DNA of 64,000 nucleotides from Candidatus Poribacteria bacterium (GTDB lineage Bacteria; Poribacteria; WGA-4E; JAJDTR01): NCBI GenBank assembly GCA_965222225.1, contig CBDCTK010000002.1, positions 4,352,001 to 4,416,000 of the forward strand, read 5' to 3'. Shown piece by piece: positions 58,101 to 64,000 of this stretch (position 1 is its first letter; each line of letters starts with the position of its first letter). The notes under the pieces were generated by a model. It saw only the letters and a program-made list of their open reading frames with translations, ran no database searches and was not told where the DNA came from. The position numbers and the translations under genes were made by a program.

Positions 58101-59624
58101 CAACTATTGCCCTACGCTGCGAGCATGCTCATTGGAATGACACCTAACGAGCCTGCTGCCACGGGTATTGATTTGCACCTTCAATATGGCAAATGGTTTA
58201 ATCCAATGGATGAAGATTCTTGGCCCACCTCTTGGCCCTATGCCTGCGTGCTGCCCAAAGGGATAGCGGATGTATTGAAGATAACGGAGACTGATGTAGG
58301 TAAAGCAACGGTTTCCGTCTACGGCGCCAATTTCACCGTTGTCGGAGTGCTTGGTATCGGATTCAAGGATTTGACCGATAACGATGGCGAAGAGATGACA
58401 CCGGTCGATTACCAACTGATGCAACAGCAACAATCTCGCGGCGCCCAAGGGGACCAGACTCTAGAGGGTGAGTTGCAGAAGTATCTCCATTTAGTGCCGG
58501 ACAGCATCGCTATTCTACCCTATGAAGTGGTCATGAATCAGGGCGGTACGCTAAGAAGCGTTGCTGTCAATATGGACCCCTTCGAAGGCGATTCGAACAT
58601 CTTTAGCGGGATCGATAAACTCGATTTGATAATGTCCCCTCTGATGAATCGAGTTGCGCTTGACTTCTTCGTTGGTCGTGATAGAGATACGTACCTGTAC
58701 AGCTCAATCGGCATGACCTCCTTTAGCGGAATGGGAAACTTGTTCATACCTATTCTCATCGCGGCGTTGATTGTGCTGAATACGATGCTCGGAGCTGTCT
58801 ACGAACGCGTGAGGGAAATCGCGATTTATAGTTCTGTCGGGCTTGCACCCGTTCATATCGCCTTCCTTTTCCTCGCGGAAGCTTGCGTTTATGCAATCAT
58901 CGGAGCCGTTTTAGGTTACCTTTTGGGGCAAGCTACGGCTACGGTCATGGTTAATTTTGGATGGCTCGCCGGTTTGACTTTGAACTATTCCTCTATGTCA
59001 ACGGTGGTCGCAACTATCATTGTGATGATCGTGGTCATCGGAAGTACGCTTTATCCAGCAATCAAAGCGTCCCGCATGGCGGTTCCCGATATCGAGCGTA
59101 AGTGGAAATTACCGGAGCCTGAGGGGGACGAATGGCACTTCAATCTTCCGTTTACCGTTTTGTCCGAGGAATCACTTGGCTTGAATGTTTTCATGCGAGA
59201 CTATTTCGATGCACATGCGGATGAATCCGCGAGCGACTTTTACACTGATCAGGTTACCTTCAACCAAACGAGCGAGGGAGGAAATGGCGAAGAGGAAGGT
59301 TCCTATTCGATCGGCATGATGGTTTGGCTCGCCCCCTACGATCTAGGTGTCAGCCAATCGATACGATTTATCACTTCCCCGGTAGGCGGAGAAGAGGAGG
59401 ATTTATACAATATTACGCTTGATGTGCATCGGGAAAGCGGTGAAATCGCTTCATGGAAACGAGTTAACCGTCGTTTCTTGAATCTCGTGCGGAAACAACT
59501 CCTAATATGGCGGACGTTCAGTGCCGATATTCGCGGAGAGTTTCATGAACGTGGTCGTCAAGAACGCGAAGCGAATGAAGGCGCTACTGGTGTTCCAGAA
59601 CTAGCACCCCAACCGGCTAATTAA
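52188..59624 (+). CDS. Giant fusion: signal peptide, PA/M28-like domain with LysM and DxDxDG inserts, helical inserts, and MacB/FtsX-like ABC permease
   Basis: RVTGY, AYYDS, PGAD, LLELAR, GLAG; YDVQPGDTLENIS; DGIDNDGDG; ISNMRKRGGRT; LNTMLGAVYERVREIAIYSSVG. Confidence 0.85.
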   Translation: MVRVATVCAMLSFCLLTLFAFAPAGVSADGQQTLGLFETAVEIRGEVSVGGMRKDIARLSSLSTRVTGYDEAANGAKYVFDRFVEIGLQNIEARGFEITVPIDAEDGKLELLSPDGTVSKSVKISPCWPNLVRTSLLPNGIKHLVNSDETLEEIAQSYQVDVQSIFTNPHNQYLQDQGADGRDNDSDGDIDETGEFALIEGNTVFVPTGGLTAPLLYAGDAELVDFNGLDVGGIWYDVQPGDTLENISHRFRVSRGSITDDVLNGHLQKTEDGIDNDEDTEVDEYGEIPPLEEIVRWGNDGIDNDGDGYADEVPGDDEDAIDNNRDGQIDEPGEFVAAGESSIFIPQGSIVLVDFNSGTRWINAAMLGAKAVIFIEPEATIRGEAENKFLTVPANIPRFWISKEDAEELKAMMAQENISARLTCTMTWQRRIGQNIRGFLEGNDPVLKDELIVLTAYYDSMSIVPAMAPGADPTGGIAALLELARIFSNEEFRPGRSMLFVATDGHFQGLAGMRSFMEGIGQDTVGGATDSPGTPTMHGLRRGLSADLFEFQELGRKLLLSIDRSVLVDLPPDFYYDVHKIDADLDSLATTLAALSDTRGKISSLRDAQRDFKEKQKKKIETTKKREKQGFTAEEKSRLETNLTSFKKDSLQTTHFLRDLVIRVDRLRSQALKESRKAQRELLENMALPMAHLDIWALRQLRNDLEAKRIADSFSREPSESYVLPRMVGDGYEIPIDAEAGDTHLGEQVKILSEYLENWELGDSRKFALQFTPEKLLDRHLDFHGLQRINRSRKVVNRATQPLANYIALEQQMLERALAKIPESSDAENLIKSAITKLATDPSYYPPSIVSELKQYLSQPSVERLDHTQTGLQQKLREAKTTETDDASHAILVADFVKDKQSIFEAALRNARLERNRIRNLLRNHGELVRVYLAEEELVLRHYLSKNEVDQAVEARSQIFAHLSEEMLLSYVQRKAANDVVELNNLLNRLDTLDRDLSEETKILLRDNMLTLRNSRFRNLQSRIEKITRISKFEYNRKISQMEQSITLQDLFNRYYTSLFISIDLSTQSDKFGVFNKGWFYNQQPEFVLRREFASIGNKLAEYAEDADFGARVRNLWTFTDDQIRQGVLNNQWTVAGTIESKAAVEGKTLETLISEHFDTFTALSGVSRLMKLQFEQMRDRGEPSEDMVKDMDYIRQEVERFIRNDVRTARKDRKNSIRLLNRLNAMLQLRCEDASTLSQDEIEDIKTLIGLVGLGGETNFVNAISASGGKTWQTYIPGKIAFDSEVATLTGKTGIAIATVEDARILTDTPLDTIDRMHVEEDGNLHQQVKTLAAILVQAMRDPKMPTAAKVGNFYCNLFGDVVEFDARESALPNKPVPYPILTLRRKHKTMMGVRGDLFTMGDNKGNFEVAGLAMEGRATNRIAGTQEVEAYLLDPDSGDIVYAPDLGNYGAKLLPNKVPIDTRRRGCRVVVFPCVSTTIYDLVDQRYLRTLRELQVYEATSDSAPEKYGISKPWQQEGVSAAEPIALVYSEPHERIKIGMAYGQIGKRLLLIKATKSGMKNPTLYTGEGFVVRENGSIRVTPYVVVRDMWWLDENRSRLYKRFGISSDRLDKLHEFAHEYLEQAELALQQKDYQQALKLARAAWGYESRAYPDVKKTGNDVVSGVMFYLALLIPFAYFLERLLFASPSVNKQIMWTGVIFLTVFFFLSRVHPAFQITTTPIIILVAFIVLALTVIVISIIIRKFEEQLEKIKQEGSNVYKADVGRLSASAAAFSLGISNMRKRGGRTILTCVTLVILTFTVISFTSVRTFMHPNKTSLPAVTPRYTGLLIRDQYWRPLEEPVLTSVMNDMRKTKIPEKDARLLFKRRGKTDAEIDSLLDSYIETAEESPKLGAASGSATTIRASVAGSQRREVAASTSVGERSRFFAVHNVVAPRAWYQSSGTGDQSFVQLTRTPNPADPVPPLDPKTGQLLPYAASMLIGMTPNEPAATGIDLHLQYGKWFNPMDEDSWPTSWPYACVLPKGIADVLKITETDVGKATVSVYGANFTVVGVLGIGFKDLTDNDGEEMTPVDYQLMQQQQSRGAQGDQTLEGELQKYLHLVPDSIAILPYEVVMNQGGTLRSVAVNMDPFEGDSNIFSGIDKLDLIMSPLMNRVALDFFVGRDRDTYLYSSIGMTSFSGMGNLFIPILIAALIVLNTMLGAVYERVREIAIYSSVGLAPVHIAFLFLAEACVYAIIGAVLGYLLGQATATVMVNFGWLAGLTLNYSSMSTVVATIIVMIVVIGSTLYPAIKASRMAVPDIERKWKLPEPEGDEWHFNLPFTVLSEESLGLNVFMRDYFDAHADESASDFYTDQVTFNQTSEGGNGEEEGSYSIGMMVWLAPYDLGVSQSIRFITSPVGGEEEDLYNITLDVHRESGEIASWKRVNRRFLNLVRKQLLIWRTFSADIRGEFHERGRQEREANEGATGVPELAPQPAN

Positions 59625-59679
59625 GAGCGTTTAGTTTTAGGAGGGATTGGGCTGCTTTCAAAGGGGGATTTCGAGAGTT

Positions 59680-59856
59680 ATGGAAAGGTTGATAAGCTTC
59701 ATTATCATTGTTGGGGCTCTTATATGGCTTGCCGCAGTGCTTTTCATGGAGGCACGGTGGCAATGGCAGATATTTTCCGCGGCGATAGTGATTGTCGGCA
59801 TTATCGCTGCCCACATATGGGAGGGAGGTTCCCAGAACAAAGACGAAGAGGAATAA
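59680..59856 (+). CDS. Small two-TM membrane protein
   Basis: 58 aa, two hydrophobic helices, acidic tail, co-oriented within the operon. Confidence 0.6.
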   Translation: MERLISFIIIVGALIWLAAVLFMEARWQWQIFSAAIVIVGIIAAHIWEGGSQNKDEEE

Positions 59857-60107
59857 CATAGAACACGCTGACTGCAACGTGTAACGGAGTTGTGGTCTTG
59901 AGCCGCTAAGTCGGCTATAGAGATGTGGATTCGCTCTAAACCGAGAAAGGCAGGTCTCCCTACGGCGCCGTAAGAGGCAATGGCCAACACGGCAATTCAG
60001 GTAGGCAACGATGCTGATGGACTGAGAGAAGTCGTTAATTCTCCGAAGGGCGGATCGGTTTGTTTTGTATGGCTTGGTCAAGCTAAACAGAAAGGAGAAC
60101 ACTACAT

Positions 60108-62099
60108 TTGGCGAGAGAGAGAGTATCTCAAGCAGACGAGTGGCAGGCTTGGGCGCAGCGGTATGATATTGATGGCGGAATCAGAACCTTTGAATCGGGG
60201 TTGACGTTAAAGGTCTTCATAGGCGCGATTTTTGTCGGGCTGCTGATGATGCCGGGGTCGATTTATCTTAGCTACGTATCCGGACAATCGGGCGCGGGGG
60301 CAGCGCCGTGGGTGGCTGTCATTCTGTTTACGGAATTGGCACGTCGTTCGTTTACGACCGCTCGGCGGCAAGAACTGTATATGCTGCTTGGATTAACCGG
60401 GGCTGCCGTTGGAGCCGGCACTCAGTATCGTGGTTTCATTTGGTACGCCTATTTTATCAATACCCCGCAAGCGGAATCATATGAGATTGCAGACAAGATT
60501 CCCTTCTGGATCGCGCCAGGGAGAGATTCAATTGCCATTGCCGAGAGAACGCTTTTGCACATGGATTGGTTCTGGCCCATCGCCTTCTTCCTAATATTCA
60601 AACTGCTAGGAACTATCCGCGGTATCAGCGCCGGTTACATTCTCTTTCGCCTCACCGCCGATCTGGAGCGGCTGCCCTTTCCGTTGGCTCCCATAGATGC
60701 ACAGGGCGCCACGGCATTGGCTGAAACGACCGGAAGAACCGAAACTTGGCGCTGGCGCGTGTTTTCAATCGGATCGGTGGCGGGTCTGATATGGGGATTC
60801 ATCTATATCGGTGTACCGTCTCTTACCGGCGTCATGATGACGACACCGATTCAGATCCTGAAAATCCCATTCATTGACTTTACTCCTAGCATCGAAGGTT
60901 TTGCCCCAACAGGGGTGTTTGCGCTTTCAACGGATTTCGGACAGATGCTCGTGGGGTTTGTGATGCCGTTCCCGATAATTATGTCGGAATTTATTACCGC
61001 GATGTTAACTCAGTTCATCGTGAATCCACAGATTCTGTACCGTTTTGAGGTACTCCATCAGTGGAAATCGGGACTTGATGTGCGCGGTGTCGGGCTGTTT
61101 AACGGACTCGACTTCTGGATAAGTTACGGTATGGGCAAGTCCTTCAGTTTCGCGATCGTCGGAATGGCGGCATCTATCCCGATGCTGATTAAATTCAGGA
61201 AGTCACAACCTCAGAAGGCGGGGCAGCGCGGTTCACTCCGTCCGCCGCCCGGACGCGGAGATTTTCCAATCTGGTTGATGGGAATCTTCTGGCTCTTTGG
61301 TATGGTGACGTTCGTGGCGTTGGTGCACTGGATGGTTCCAAACTTTCCGCTGATGTTCCTCCTCGGATTTGCTTTCTTGTACACCCCGCTTAATTCCTAC
61401 ATCACTGCCCGCACATTCGGAATTTTAGGACGCGATTTGTTTGAAATCCCTTATATCCATGAGGCTACGTTTATCCTCAGCCGCTACGAGGAGATTGACA
61501 TCTGGTTCGTTCCACTACCCGACGAAGACTACGGGCGCGGAACACAAGGTTGGCGGGTGCTTGAGTTGACCGGGACGACCTTCACCAGTAACATCGCAGC
61601 TCAACTACTGATTATGCCGATCCTGCTAGTCTCGGGTATTGTTGTCTATCATTTCATCTGGAAGATTGCGCCGATACCCTCCTCGCAATATCCTTACGTA
61701 CAAACATGGTGGCCAATCCACGCTACCAATGAGGCGCTCTGGAAGACTTCGCTCCGCGATGGAAATAGTCAGATGTTACAGGCGATTCGGGGTGATTATG
61801 TCGCCGCCGGGTTCTCATCCACCCTTGCTTTATACGGGCTGTTGTGGGTGGCGAAGATGCCGAGTATGTGGTTCTACGGGATCGCGGGTGGAATCGGCGG
61901 CGACCCGGGTATGATGATACCCCGACTTCTCGGCGCGGTAATTGGTCGATTCTATATGATTAAACAGTTCGGGTTGAAGCGGTGGTTTATGTTCAATCCT
62001 GTTCTAGCTGCCGGCTTCGCCTGCGGAGTAGGCCTTATCGGCATGGCAACGGTGGCAATTGCTTTGGTTTCGAAAGCGGTGATTGTGAAACCGTTCTGA
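60108..62099 (+). CDS. OPT-like polytopic membrane transporter
   Basis: 663 aa, many TMs, FESGLTLK..IGA, ERLPFP motif; TTG start with SD AAGGAG. Confidence 0.75.
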   Translation: MARERVSQADEWQAWAQRYDIDGGIRTFESGLTLKVFIGAIFVGLLMMPGSIYLSYVSGQSGAGAAPWVAVILFTELARRSFTTARRQELYMLLGLTGAAVGAGTQYRGFIWYAYFINTPQAESYEIADKIPFWIAPGRDSIAIAERTLLHMDWFWPIAFFLIFKLLGTIRGISAGYILFRLTADLERLPFPLAPIDAQGATALAETTGRTETWRWRVFSIGSVAGLIWGFIYIGVPSLTGVMMTTPIQILKIPFIDFTPSIEGFAPTGVFALSTDFGQMLVGFVMPFPIIMSEFITAMLTQFIVNPQILYRFEVLHQWKSGLDVRGVGLFNGLDFWISYGMGKSFSFAIVGMAASIPMLIKFRKSQPQKAGQRGSLRPPPGRGDFPIWLMGIFWLFGMVTFVALVHWMVPNFPLMFLLGFAFLYTPLNSYITARTFGILGRDLFEIPYIHEATFILSRYEEIDIWFVPLPDEDYGRGTQGWRVLELTGTTFTSNIAAQLLIMPILLVSGIVVYHFIWKIAPIPSSQYPYVQTWWPIHATNEALWKTSLRDGNSQMLQAIRGDYVAAGFSSTLALYGLLWVAKMPSMWFYGIAGGIGGDPGMMIPRLLGAVIGRFYMIKQFGLKRWFMFNPVLAAGFACGVGLIGMATVAIALVSKAVIVKPF

Positions 62100-62361
62100 T
62101 GCACTTTCATGAGCGGAGAAAACGGGTTTTTTTTGAAGGTTCGGGTTCTTTAGCTCGACTTTGTACATCTAAGCGGGATAACGGACAGTGTCAATCAAGC
62201 ATTGAAGAGAAGCAGGGACATTTTGATTATCTGGCTTATTTGATTGACCGCGGTTTCTTATACCCATACAACCTGTGAAGATCTCTATCGCGCTCGCTAT
62301 CCACTCGTTTGATCCCCTCCGGGGCTTATAAGGCTGGCGCAAAGGTTCATCCTGATTTGGG

Positions 62362-63345
62362 GTGAGGGTAATGGCTCTACCCGAAATGAATTTTCAAACA
62401 GACTCTAAACCAACCATGGATTGGACTACATTTGGCTGGGCGGGTATTAGGCTTGAGATTCCTTCCAACTGGGAGTTGAGCGGATTATCAGGAGATGACA
62501 AAGATGGATACTTACGGTTAGACGGCGAGGAGATGCCGCGTCTGGAGCTGAAGTGGGCGCAGTCGAAGAAGAAAAAACCGGACCTTGGCCGTGTTCTGGA
62601 TGAGTATTTCAAGCTAGTACGCAAGAATTACAAGCGTAAAGAGGCCAAGTTGCACATTCAGCGGAATGTGAACCTGGTTAATGATGAATCTGTGTTCGAA
62701 GGACGCGAGGTCGTCAGTTTTACGTGGAAAGGAGACATACGCGCAAACGGTATCATCTTCCACTGCCAAACGTGTAAGCGCATTACAATTGTGCAGATTA
62801 TGGGGCATCTCAAAGAGAATCTGCGCTCGACTACGGTGAGAGTTTTGCAGTCGGTGCAAGATCACCCAGCGACACAGAATGTGCTTTGGAGCGCTTATAA
62901 TCTGAATGTAGAGGTTCCGCGCCGGTATCGATTGGGGAAACATCAACTACTTTCCGGATATCTGCTTTTCTCATTTGCCGATGGGAGTCGCAAAATCAGC
63001 ATTGAACGGTATGGCGTGGCAGATGTGACCCTTAAAGACCAGGACCTAGAGTCGTGGTTCCGCCCTAAATATGCGAAAGCCATCCGTGGATACGGTTTTG
63101 AAATAACCTCACTGACGCATGACGGGGACGAACACCTTAGATTGATTGGCGAACAAACGCGCGTAACCGACCGCATTCCCTTCGCCCCTGTATTGGCGGT
63201 GGATAAGGTGATGCGCCGTCAAGTGTTCGCGGCGTATCTTTGGCGTTGTCATCTCTCAAATCGAATTTACGTTGTGCAGGCTATCGCCAAACGTGACGCA
63301 GCCAAGATTGGCGAGGATGTGGCGGGAAGCATAAAGTGTCATTAG
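62362..63345 (+). CDS. Hypothetical soluble protein with two repeated W.G..lEIP..W-type domains
   Basis: 327-aa ORF; FGWAGIRLEIPSNW and LWSAYNLNVEVPRRY, each followed by a Cys-containing motif; start uncertain. Confidence 0.75.
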   Translation: MRVMALPEMNFQTDSKPTMDWTTFGWAGIRLEIPSNWELSGLSGDDKDGYLRLDGEEMPRLELKWAQSKKKKPDLGRVLDEYFKLVRKNYKRKEAKLHIQRNVNLVNDESVFEGREVVSFTWKGDIRANGIIFHCQTCKRITIVQIMGHLKENLRSTTVRVLQSVQDHPATQNVLWSAYNLNVEVPRRYRLGKHQLLSGYLLFSFADGSRKISIERYGVADVTLKDQDLESWFRPKYAKAIRGYGFEITSLTHDGDEHLRLIGEQTRVTDRIPFAPVLAVDKVMRRQVFAAYLWRCHLSNRIYVVQAIAKRDAAKIGEDVAGSIKCH

Positions 63346-63494
63346 GGATCAACTGAGTGAATAACGAAGGCGATAGAGATCCTTTAGGGGGGCGATGGGA
63401 ATCCTCGTGCGAAAGAACACCAATAGAGATCCTAGGAATATAACAAATCTATCTATGTGCGAATATTCTCAGAAGGAATTCGGGTCTCCGAGGC

Positions 63495-63914
63495 ATGCTT
63501 AACGCAATTCTATATAAGCTGAGGCTAAAGAAGCGGCAGGATTCCGATTTTAATCGCCGGGATGTGCTGAAGGCTTTGCCGCTGCGGAATCAGCTCATCA
63601 AGTGGGAAGTTGATGACAAACAGGAGGTGTCACTGATAATACCTCAGAAACAGAGGTTTTGGGTTGGAATCGCCTCGAAACTCTTTACGCTGCCGGATAA
63701 GCGTGTGATAGTTCTTGACGATGTCGGATCTTATGTTTGGCTGCTCTGTGATGGACAGAATACCGTCGGTCACGTCGTGAAGCAACTTTGCAACCGCTAC
63801 CAGATGACACGCAAAGAGGCGGAGACATCCCTGTTCACCTATATGCGTCAATTGGGCAAACGCGGTATAATCGGATTTGCTGTACCGAAAGACATGAAGG
63901 GAGGAAAGAAATAG
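63495..63914 (+). CDS. PqqD-family (RRE-like winged helix) protein
   Basis: LDDVGSYVWLLCDGQNTVGHVVKQLCNRY...LGKRGII. Confidence 0.85.
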   Translation: MLNAILYKLRLKKRQDSDFNRRDVLKALPLRNQLIKWEVDDKQEVSLIIPQKQRFWVGIASKLFTLPDKRVIVLDDVGSYVWLLCDGQNTVGHVVKQLCNRYQMTRKEAETSLFTYMRQLGKRGIIGFAVPKDMKGGKK

Positions 63915-63917
63915 CGC

Positions 63918-64000
63918 ATGGCAGAAGTTCAAACATCTCAACCCCCCGGCGACTCTGTTCCACTTAAAGTTCCAACGCGATTTCGGCGAGATTTGCCGAA
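63918..64000 (+). CDS. 5' end of the next operon gene (truncated by the window; product unknown)
   Basis: ATG 3 nt after the previous stop, GGAGG upstream, open to the window end. Confidence 0.5.
   Translation, partial: MAEVQTSQPPGDSVPLKVPTRFRRDLP

Noticed and set aside
59647-59856. RiPP precursor for the PqqD-like protein
   Set aside because: It reads as two TM helices with no leader/core pattern, and no modifying enzyme is nearby
1-64000. Complete DGR or retron locus
   Set aside because: No reverse transcriptase ORF (no YxDD in an RT context) and no TR/VR pair differing only at adenines was found by eye

Overview
Bacterial chromosomal window of about 50% GC. The gene families (LamG proteins ending in a TWGxIK motif, a WD40 lipoprotein, an ASPIC/UnbV protein, PhyH and Gfo/Idh/MocA enzymes, GTAG-type REP/MITE-rich intergenic DNA) are most consistent with Candidatus Poribacteria; this assignment is inference. 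Layout: (1) 1-7.8 kb is an accessory island with one intact and one decayed Cre-like tyrosine recombinase, interleaved with a family of Gly-rich secreted paralogs, a solo Mrr_N gene and an amber-interrupted HEPN-like gene; (2) 7.9-34.2 kb holds mostly metabolic genes (mazG, a TcmP/DUF5131 pair, a Rieske-glutamate-synthase-like fusion, iolD, pdxA-like, epoxide hydrolase, FGGY kinase, GH36, ASPIC/UnbV); (3) 35-41.8 kb is a tandem array of five LamG genes, the fifth split by a MITE carrying a nested IS1595; (4) 41.9-51.5 kb has TPR, PhyH, cupin, class A PBP and XRE genes; (5) 52.2 kb to the end is an uncharacterised envelope operon: a 2478-aa degenerate-M28/LysM/FtsX fusion, a small membrane protein, an OPT-like transporter, a conserved hypothetical and a PqqD-like protein. 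The two strongest leads are that operon and a dispersed ~35-bp micro-insertion (GGATCTCTATCGC-NNTC-NNT-NNYC-NNTC-NNT-YGAT) with position-specific hypervariability, which sits in REP/MITE hairpins and stacks into nested clusters. No rRNA, tRNA or CRISPR array was recognised. All family assignments come from motif recognition by eye, without database searches.
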